NCBI GenBank assembly: GCA_017443175.1
Contig: JAFSOZ010000005.1
Span: forward strand, 801-64,800
Direction of reading: 5' to 3'
DNA length: 64,000 nucleotides
Source of the DNA: Bacteroidales bacterium
GTDB taxonomy: Bacteria; Bacteroidota; Bacteroidia; Bacteroidales; WCHB1-69
In this document: positions 57,615-64,000 of the stretch, in pieces
How the letters are laid out: each line of letters opens with the position of its first letter
How positions within the stretch are numbered: the stretch's first letter is position 1
The notes under the pieces: generated by a model
What the model saw: the letters and a program-made list of their open reading frames with translations, nothing else
Told to the model about the DNA's origin: nothing
The model's database searches: none
Made by a program: the position numbers and the translations under genes

Positions 57615-58697
57615 CTATTGGTTTTTCAAAAAATAGGACAGAGGTTGATTGGCACGATCGAAGTGGAAGTACTGGCATTGCAAAAGGTTCTCTGTTTTGC
57701 CATTCAGGATGCCATAGAAATTATCCCGATTGTACGGTAAGTCATCCTCATGCGTACCACCTTCCAGAATATCATCCAGATACAGGGCATCGGGATCCAA
57801 TTTCCGGTACATGTCCAAACGCGTCTCCTCACCGTTTACGTCCACTAAAGTGATGGTTTTGAACTTGTTGAACTGTAAAATGGAGTCTTTCTTGGCTTCA
57901 TCCATGTTGGTGATGAAAAGCTCGTAGTTCAGGTTCCGGAACACGGACAGCATATCCAAAAGTCTGACTGTGTCGTAATGGAGAATGGGTTGATGCTGGC
58001 CATCAAACAGGTTGAAGAAGCGTGCGCCCGATTTTTCCACGATAAAGGATTCTTCTGGATGATCAAAATCCTGCACTTTCAGGGTTTTGATGCGGGTGAT
58101 TTTGGTGCTGAAGAGGTCGCAGTTGTACCAGTCAACGGGCTTAAAGGAGTAATACGGAGTGAGAAAACCTCTGAAGCCGGGGATATAAACGATGCAAGGC
58201 TCGTCGTAGCCTTCTAAAATGGCAAAATTGGCCAGATTGTCCATGGTTGCGGGGCCCATGTAGTAGGTTTTCACTCTTCGTTCCTTTTCAAAAAACTTGA
58301 TGCCGAACAGGGTGAACTTCGGTGCCTTTTGGTAAATTTCCACTTTGATGGCGTTCACGGACATCATTTTGTTGATGTTGGACTGGGCGGTTTTGGCCAC
58401 GGTTTGTTGCAGCGTCACATTTCGCATGACGCTCAGAAGGTCGTTGATTTTGTACGTTTGGGCCAAGATAGAGTCCTCCACGTACCAGGCACCGTCGCGG
58501 CGGTTGAGCAGGACATGTTCGCCGTTCATGTCGGCGATGAATATCTTGGTCACCGTTGAGGTGTCTTTGACGGCAAAGACGTCGGATTTGGGAATGCTGT
58601 TGCCAGTGTGTAACACGCCGGTCTTGAACAGGATGATAATCAGACATGCCAGCAATAGCAGTCCGGATAAAAGGATATAAATGCGTTTCTTATTCAT
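57615..58697 (-). CDS. DUF4340-like membrane-anchored protein
   Basis: N-terminal TM, FAVKDT..KIFIAD, IPGFRGFL. Confidence 0.65.
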   Translation of the reverse strand: MNKKRIYILLSGLLLLACLIIILFKTGVLHTGNSIPKSDVFAVKDTSTVTKIFIADMNGEHVLLNRRDGAWYVEDSILAQTYKINDLLSVMRNVTLQQTVAKTAQSNINKMMSVNAIKVEIYQKAPKFTLFGIKFFEKERRVKTYYMGPATMDNLANFAILEGYDEPCIVYIPGFRGFLTPYYSFKPVDWYNCDLFSTKITRIKTLKVQDFDHPEESFIVEKSGARFFNLFDGQHQPILHYDTVRLLDMLSVFRNLNYELFITNMDEAKKDSILQFNKFKTITLVDVNGEETRLDMYRKLDPDALYLDDILEGGTHEDDLPYNRDNFYGILNGKTENLLQCQYFHFDRANQPLSYFLKNQ

Positions 58698-58748
58698 CTC
58701 GTAAATTTTAAGGGTTGCAAAAATACGAAAAAAAGAGCATACGCTATT

Positions 58749-59630
58749 TTAGAATCTGGGATGGAATTGTGCTATGTTGCTGCGGATGTAATCTTGGTCA
58801 AGATGCGTGTAAATCTCAGTAGTGGTGATACTTTCATGGCCTAACATTTGTTGTACGGCGCGAAGGTCGGCGCCGCCCTCCACCAAGTGTGTGGCGAAAG
58901 AGTGTCTAAAAGTGTGCGGACTGATAGATTTTTGGATGCCAGCTTCGGCGGCCCATTTTTTCACTAGCATAAACACCATTTCGCGGCTCAGATGACGGCC
59001 TCGTCGGTTCAGGAAAAGGTAGTCCTCCTCCCCTTTTTTCACTTTCACCTTCTTGCGGGAGCCTTCCACATACAGCGTGATCATTTTGCGGGCCATGCTG
59101 CCGATGGGCACGTACCGCTCTTTGCTGCCCTTGCCTAACACTTTGATGAAGCCTTCGTCGAAAAAGAGGTGGGAGAGTTTCAGGGACACGGCCTCGCTCA
59201 CGCGCAGGCCGCAGCCGTACATCACCTCCACGAGGGCGCGGTTGCGATGTCCTTCGGGCGTGCTGAGGTCAATGACAGCGATGATGGCCTCAATCTCGGG
59301 CACCGACAGCACATCGGGAAGATGCATGCCTATCTTCGGTGCGTTCAACAGGGCGGTGGGGTCGTCCTGTAGGGTGCCATCGTAAACCAGAAACCGGTAA
59401 AAAGCCTTGATGCCGGACACGATACGCGCCTGCGAACGTGTGGCAATACCCTTTTCAACCAAACTGCGCAGAAATTGTTGGATATCTTCCAGTTTGGCGG
59501 TTTCCAATGCCTTATGCTCCAAAAAATCCTCCAAAAGCGTCACATCGTGCAGGTAAGCCTCCACCGTCTTGGAAGAGAGGCTCTTCTCAAGCAGAAGATA
59601 TTGTTTGAATTGGGCGATGAGGGGAGACAT
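58749..59630 (-). CDS. xerD: Site-specific tyrosine recombinase XerD
   Basis: GLRVSE, GKGSKER, SPHTFRHSFATH, LGH, TEIYTH. Confidence 0.9.
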   Translation of the reverse strand: MSPLIAQFKQYLLLEKSLSSKTVEAYLHDVTLLEDFLEHKALETAKLEDIQQFLRSLVEKGIATRSQARIVSGIKAFYRFLVYDGTLQDDPTALLNAPKIGMHLPDVLSVPEIEAIIAVIDLSTPEGHRNRALVEVMYGCGLRVSEAVSLKLSHLFFDEGFIKVLGKGSKERYVPIGSMARKMITLYVEGSRKKVKVKKGEEDYLFLNRRGRHLSREMVFMLVKKWAAEAGIQKSISPHTFRHSFATHLVEGGADLRAVQQMLGHESITTTEIYTHLDQDYIRSNIAQFHPRF

Positions 59631-59741
59631 GAAAGGGGTACAAGGGGTAAATGGGGTGAAAGGGGTAAATTGGGTAAATTGGGTAAATGGGGTGAAAGGG
59701 GTATTTAAATTCTCTACTCTCTCAACTCTAAACTCTAAACT
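59631..59741. repeat. 9-bp array (WGGGGTRAA) followed by 7-bp AACTCTM array
   Basis: aggggtaca aggggtaaa tggggtgaa aggggtaaa ttgggtaaa ttgggtaaa tggggtgaa; abuts xerD ATG. Confidence 0.85.
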
Positions 59742-59744
59742 GTT

Positions 59745-60995
59745 TCAGCGTATATCTTTTTCAATTTCAACCCGCAGCATGTTCAGGGCGGCGCGGGCGG
59801 CGCGTTCGATGATCTGTTTGCGGCCGGTGCGGCTGCCGAAATGGAACTCGCGGGTGGTGAGGCGCACGGGAGTGGCTACGGCAATCCAGACAGTGCCCAC
59901 GGGTTTCTCTTTGGTGCCGCCGTCAGGGCCGGCGATGCCCGAAGTGGCAATGGTGTAGTCCACATCAAAGAGCCCCATGGCGTTGAGGGCCATGTCGCTG
60001 ACCACTTGTTCGCTCACGGCGCCGCGGCGTTTGAGGTTGTCCTCTCGTACGTTCAGCAAGTCGCGCTTGATGTCGTTACTGTAGGACACGAGTGAGCCTT
60101 GGAAGTAGCGTGAGCTTCCGGGCACCGAAGTGATGAGGTGCGCGACGTACCCTCCGGTGCAACTCTCGGCTGTGGCCAAGGTCTTGCCGGATTTGGTCAG
60201 CAATCGGCCTACGACTTCTTCAATTTCAATATCCTCATCGGTAAAGGCGTACTCGGCGGTGAGTCGCTTGAGCGTGCTGAAATGTTCGTCCAGCATAGTT
60301 TGCAATGCGGGTGCGTTGTCTCCGCGTGCGGTGAGGCGCAGGCGGATGATGCCCGGCTTGGGCAGGTAGGCGAGCTTCAGCTCCGAAGGCAATTGTTGCT
60401 CGTAGTTTTCCAGCAGGTCGGAGAGCCCGCTCTCGGAGATGTTGGTACACTGTAGCACGCGATGCAGGATGGCGTGCTGGTCTCTTTTGTGTGCTTGCAG
60501 GCGCGGCATGACCTCGTCTCTGATCAGCTTTTCCATCTCGAAGGGCACGCCGGGCAGCGCGATGAGCACCTTGCCGTCCTGTTCTATCCAAAGTCCGGGG
60601 GCCGTGCCTAACGGGTTGGAGAGCACCGTGCAGCCTTGCGGTACCAAGGCCTGTTGGCGGTTGGTCTCTGTCAAAGCCATGCCTCGGGAGGCGAAGATTT
60701 CGGTGACATGTTGCAACGTGGGCTCGTCCATGACCAGCTCGCGCTGGAAAATGTCGGAAATAATCTTCTTGGTGATATCGTCCCTGGTGGGACCAAGTCC
60801 GCCGGTTATGATGACCACATCCGTTTTGGCGAGTGCTGAGGTAACGGTTTCCCGGATGTTTTGGCCATCGTCCCCGATGGTGATGACATCTGTAAGTTCA
60901 AATCCTGCGGCAGCCACTTGCTGTCCGATGAATGCAGCGTTGGTATTGATGACTTGCCCGATGAGCAGTTCGTCTCCTATGTTAATCAGTATCAT
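59745..60995 (-). CDS. cinA: CinA/PncC competence-damage protein (NMN deamidase)
   Basis: IGDELLIG, TGGLGPT, GTAPG, AESCTGG, SGIAGPDGG. Confidence 0.95.
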   Translation of the reverse strand: MILINIGDELLIGQVINTNAAFIGQQVAAAGFELTDVITIGDDGQNIRETVTSALAKTDVVIITGGLGPTRDDITKKIISDIFQRELVMDEPTLQHVTEIFASRGMALTETNRQQALVPQGCTVLSNPLGTAPGLWIEQDGKVLIALPGVPFEMEKLIRDEVMPRLQAHKRDQHAILHRVLQCTNISESGLSDLLENYEQQLPSELKLAYLPKPGIIRLRLTARGDNAPALQTMLDEHFSTLKRLTAEYAFTDEDIEIEEVVGRLLTKSGKTLATAESCTGGYVAHLITSVPGSSRYFQGSLVSYSNDIKRDLLNVREDNLKRRGAVSEQVVSDMALNAMGLFDVDYTIATSGIAGPDGGTKEKPVGTVWIAVATPVRLTTREFHFGSRTGRKQIIERAARAALNMLRVEIEKDIR

Positions 60996-61740
60996 TTTGT
61001 GGGTTCCTTTCCATTTCCATCAAATCCATCGTTTCCAGCCTGTATTGCATATTCTGGACGTATGGGTTTTCAGGATATGTTTTTTTCAAGTTATGGGTGA
61101 TTTGGCGTAATAGTTCCTTGTCTTCTTGTTTGTTGAAAAAATGTCTGCGGTTGTAACTTTGGAAGAAGGCCACGAAGGAGGCCATCTTGTTGGGGTGTTG
61201 CCGGATGAATTGTTTCAGATATTGTTTGTGGTGATTTACCAATTGGAGATATTGTTGTTCGACGGCTTCTCTCAGGGAGTCGTTGTAAATGTCATTGCTG
61301 TAGAGATGATAGAGGGAATCGGCAGGTTGAATGAAGGAGTGCAATGCACTGTCGAGTTGGCCCATGAGCACGGCCTCCTCGCCGCCCGAAACGCGATAGT
61401 TCTCAATGAGGTTTTCCGCATTGGCGTGGATAAGGATGTGGTCGCCGCCTTTGGCCATGGTGGTGAGGGTGTTGAAAGAGGAGAGGCTGATTTGGTACAT
61501 CATGGGGGAAGCGGCGCGCTCGCGGGCATTTTTGTCGTTGGCTTTCAGTTCAAAGCGAAAGTGTCCGTTTTTCATCCTCATGGAGTCCAGCGGTTCCAGT
61601 CCTTCGTTGGTGATCAGGGCCAGCGTGATTTTGTCGTTGGATGCACCGGCGATGTCCCCCTCAATCACGATGAGTGATTTTTTATGTTGGCAGGAGAGGA
61701 GCAGGCAGAAGGGCAGGAGAATGAAAAGGATTTTTTTCAT
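60982..61740 (-). CDS. DUF4369-like lipoprotein
   Basis: LLSC lipobox, IEGDI, NGHFRF, FIRQHPN. Confidence 0.7.
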   Translation of the reverse strand: MKKILFILLPFCLLLSCQHKKSLIVIEGDIAGASNDKITLALITNEGLEPLDSMRMKNGHFRFELKANDKNARERAASPMMYQISLSSFNTLTTMAKGGDHILIHANAENLIENYRVSGGEEAVLMGQLDSALHSFIQPADSLYHLYSNDIYNDSLREAVEQQYLQLVNHHKQYLKQFIRQHPNKMASFVAFFQSYNRRHFFNKQEDKELLRQITHNLKKTYPENPYVQNMQYRLETMDLMEMERNPQNDTD

Positions 61741-61743
61741 GAT

Positions 61744-61908
61744 TTAGCGACTATGGTAGGTGAGCAGTGAATCGGAAGGCGCTGGGGTGATGGGGTATTC
61801 GCAGCCGCAGTTTCTGTCCTTGCGGTGGGGTCTTGCCCCGATAATCTTCCGGGAGCAGGAGGAGCACAGCAGGAGCAGCGCGGCGAAAATCCAAAAATAT
61901 TTTTTCAT
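61744..61908 (-). CDS. Small 54-aa putative lipoprotein
   Basis: MKKYFWIFAALLLLCSSC..; -7 promoter at 61928-61935; ends 3 nt before next gene. Confidence 0.7.
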   Translation of the reverse strand: MKKYFWIFAALLLLCSSCSRKIIGARPHRKDRNCGCEYPITPAPSDSLLTYHSR

Positions 61909-62001
61909 TGTTAATGATTTTGGACGGCAAAAGTACAAAAAAAGATGAACGAAAGGACGCGCCGCGGCAGATCCGTTTTCTCCGAAATCCACGCAACCGT
62001 C

Positions 62002-62019
62002 TTAACAACAGGTTGTTAA
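62002..62019. promoter_or_regulatory. Palindrome TTAACAAC-AG-GTTGTTAA, candidate operator
   Basis: Perfect 8-bp arms between divergent promoters. Confidence 0.4.
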
Positions 62020-62123
62020 ATTGACACTTTCGATTTTTGTATATTGTTGTCTTTCTGGCCGATAAAAATTTTCGGATTAGCATTGCCAGAACGGAACAAC
62101 GTGTTACCTTTGCTCCATCGCAT

Positions 62124-62148
62124 GGCGGCTTCGACAAGCTCAGCCGCC
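62124..62148 (+). other. GC hairpin in rpn leader (GGCGGCT-TCGACAAGCTC-AGCCGCC)
   Basis: 7-bp stem between promoter TACCTTTG (62105-62112) and ATG. Confidence 0.55.
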
Positions 62149-62182
62149 CGTTAACTATAAAAACAAAACAAATTTTATTATT

Positions 62183-63106
62183 ATGAAAACAAACAATGTG
62201 TTTATCAATCCGTTGACCGATTTCGGTTTCAAGAAAGTGTTTTGCACTACAGAACGTGGTTCCAGACGTTTGACCTCCTTTCTGCGGGCGTTTCTGCCCG
62301 ACATCATGCGTGATGTAGTCAGCATCACGTTCCGTTCGACAGAGATTCTCGGCGAGAGGGAGGCGGAGAAGAAGGTCGTCTTCGACATCTACTGCGTGAC
62401 CGACACCGGCAGGCACATCATCATCGAGATGCAACGGGCCGAGCAGTCGTTCTTCTCCAACAGAATCCTCACTTACAGCAGCCGCGTGTTGAGCAGTGAG
62501 GCCATGCGGGGCGACATGGAATACAATATCCCGACCGTAATCTCTTTCAACATACTGGATTACGACTCCAATGAGTTCAGCCGCTATGAGGATGCCTTCC
62601 ATATAGTGAAGCTGAAAGATGAGAAAAATGCGGTTTATTCAGAGAAGACCGTCTTCTGTTTTCTGGAATTGACTAAATTTGCAGCGCAGAACATCGGACA
62701 GCTGAAGGATGTTGTCTTCAAAGACGAGGGAATGAAATGGGCGTTCATTTTGAAGAACATGCACAAGATGGGGGAGCAGGATTTGTCAGAAGAGGATGAG
62801 ATGATCCAACAGTTGTTCGAGGACTGCCGGATTTCAAAACTCACAACTATGGAAAAGAAAGCATACAGGAAGAGCATATTGGATTACGCGGACGTGCGTG
62901 ATGCCATGAATGTAGCCCAAAAGAGGGGCGAAGAACGGGGATATGAGCAAGGGATAGAACAAGGAATACAACAAGGTAAAGAGGAAGCACTCTTCCAAAC
63001 GGCGCGAAACTTCTTGGATTTGGGTATTTCTCTCGCCGATGTGGCCAAGGCCACAGGCCTGAGCGAGGAGGAAATACTTGCGTACGTAAGTAATGCTGGT
63101 GATTAG
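62183..63106 (+). CDS. Rpn family PD-(D/E)XK nuclease / putative transposase
   Basis: NPLTDFGFKKVF, FDIYC, IIEMQ, EQGIEQG repeats, C-terminal VAKATGLSEEEI HTH. Confidence 0.92.
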   Translation: MKTNNVFINPLTDFGFKKVFCTTERGSRRLTSFLRAFLPDIMRDVVSITFRSTEILGEREAEKKVVFDIYCVTDTGRHIIIEMQRAEQSFFSNRILTYSSRVLSSEAMRGDMEYNIPTVISFNILDYDSNEFSRYEDAFHIVKLKDEKNAVYSEKTVFCFLELTKFAAQNIGQLKDVVFKDEGMKWAFILKNMHKMGEQDLSEEDEMIQQLFEDCRISKLTTMEKKAYRKSILDYADVRDAMNVAQKRGEERGYEQGIEQGIQQGKEEALFQTARNFLDLGISLADVAKATGLSEEEILAYVSNAGD

Positions 63107-63109
63107 CTG

Positions 63110-63161
63110 TTGGTCCTTGGTCGTTGGTTTTTGGGTGTTGGTCTTCAGTCTCCGGTTTTCA
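63110..63161. repeat. 7-bp tandem repeats after rpn stop
   Basis: tggtcct tggtcgt tggtttt tgggtgt tggtctt cagtctc cggtttt. Confidence 0.75.
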
Positions 63162-63203
63162 GTAAAGGGACATCGAATCAGTAAATAATAATACATAATT
63201 AAC

Positions 63204-64000
63204 ATGCTTTTCCAAAGCGGCCAGTTGTTTTTCTGCATCCTGTTGTTCATCACGGTTTTCGTGGTGTGCAAGTGGGTGTTCCGGAAGAGCTGGCTGAACA
63301 ATGTGGTTCTTCTTTTGGGCAATGCGTTGGTGCTGACCAACATCGTGCGCCTGCAGTCGGTGCTCATTCTGCTGATCGTGGCCACGGTGTGCTACGGGGC
63401 GGGCGTGCTCCTGCAACGAAAGAAATGGCGCTGGCTGCTGGCCCTCACCCTCGTGCTGCTGGTCGCCCTCTTTGCCATCCGCTCGTATCCGCTCGTGTGG
63501 AAGTGGTTTGGCGAGTTCTGGACCACCAACATGAAGAAACCGTTTTTCTCCGTGGAAAAACTCGGTCTCTCCTATATCCTCTTCCGCCTCATCCATTGGT
63601 TGGTGGAGTGCCGCCGGGGAACGTTGCGTACCCGTAATTTCCTCTCCTACATCAACTATCTGTTCTTTTTCCCCACCTTCATGGCTGGGCCCATCGATAC
63701 GCTCAACAACTTCCACTATTGGATGAACACCACCCACGTGCGCTTCAACGCGCGGATGCTGCTCGCCGGCGTGGGCCGCATCTTCCTGGGTGCCGTGAAA
63801 GCCCTGCTTGTGGTGCCGCTGATGCTGCCGTACGCCACTGACTACCAGACATTCCTTTCTAACATGGGGCCTTGGGGCGCGGTGATTTGCGCCGCCCTGC
63901 TGTATTCCCTGTACATCTACATCGACTTTTCCGGCTACTGCGATATGGCCATCGGCATGGCCTACATGATGGGCATCCGCACGCCCGAGAACTTCAACAA
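63204..64000 (+). CDS. MBOAT family O-acyltransferase (AlgI/DltB-like), partial
   Basis: Hand translation MLFQSG.., LGLSYILFRLIH, FFPTFMAGPI, IYIDFSGYCDMAIG, PENFN; open to window end. Confidence 0.92.
   Translation, partial: MLFQSGQLFFCILLFITVFVVCKWVFRKSWLNNVVLLLGNALVLTNIVRLQSVLILLIVATVCYGAGVLLQRKKWRWLLALTLVLLVALFAIRSYPLVWKWFGEFWTTNMKKPFFSVEKLGLSYILFRLIHWLVECRRGTLRTRNFLSYINYLFFFPTFMAGPIDTLNNFHYWMNTTHVRFNARMLLAGVGRIFLGAVKALLVVPLMLPYATDYQTFLSNMGPWGAVICAALLYSLYIYIDFSGYCDMAIGMAYMMGIRTPENFN

Noticed and set aside
58749-59630. Tyrosine recombinase as mobile-element integrase or invertase
   Set aside because: Looks like chromosomal XerD in a housekeeping operon; no att sites or cargo seen.
382-59741. 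Tandem arrays as CRISPR
   Set aside because: Units are 7-11 bp with no unique spacers, and there are no cas genes.
1-64000. tRNA, rRNA, riboswitches
   Set aside because: No recognisable cloverleaf or conserved aptamer motifs in the short intergenic regions; a covariance search was not possible.

Overview
This 64 kb window is from a Bacteroidales (Bacteroidota) chromosome. The assignment rests on T9SS C-terminal domains, TAnnTTTG -7 promoters and AT-rich leaders without SD sequences. Most of it is housekeeping: ubiE, guaB, ridA, dtd, ABC-F, rsmE, sufS, tilS, a TolC/MacAB-like exporter, thyA, pgk, manC, manA, alaS, metG, truA, coaX, lptC, ribD, xerD and cinA. I found no rRNA, tRNA, CRISPR array, prophage or IS. 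Accessory parts: (i) an island at 1-5550 with two paralogous membrane-anchored LytTR-type regulators, one apparently frameshifted off a C-terminal wHTH. They are divergent from a Cys/His lipoprotein, a tail-fibre/chaperone-like secreted protein, a GH16-T9SS enzyme, an OMP and an orphan T9SS-CTD fragment. (ii) A roughly 540 bp relic of the same locus family at 35857-36399, holding only the divergent promoter region and the 5' ends of two genes, cut on each side at a GTAGAGACGC-type palindrome (REP-like). (iii) An Rpn nuclease gene near the right end. Intergenic spaces carry families of 9-bp and 7-bp tandem repeats, some of which supply the stop codon of the neighbouring gene. All calls come from reading the sequence and recognising motifs; no searches were run.
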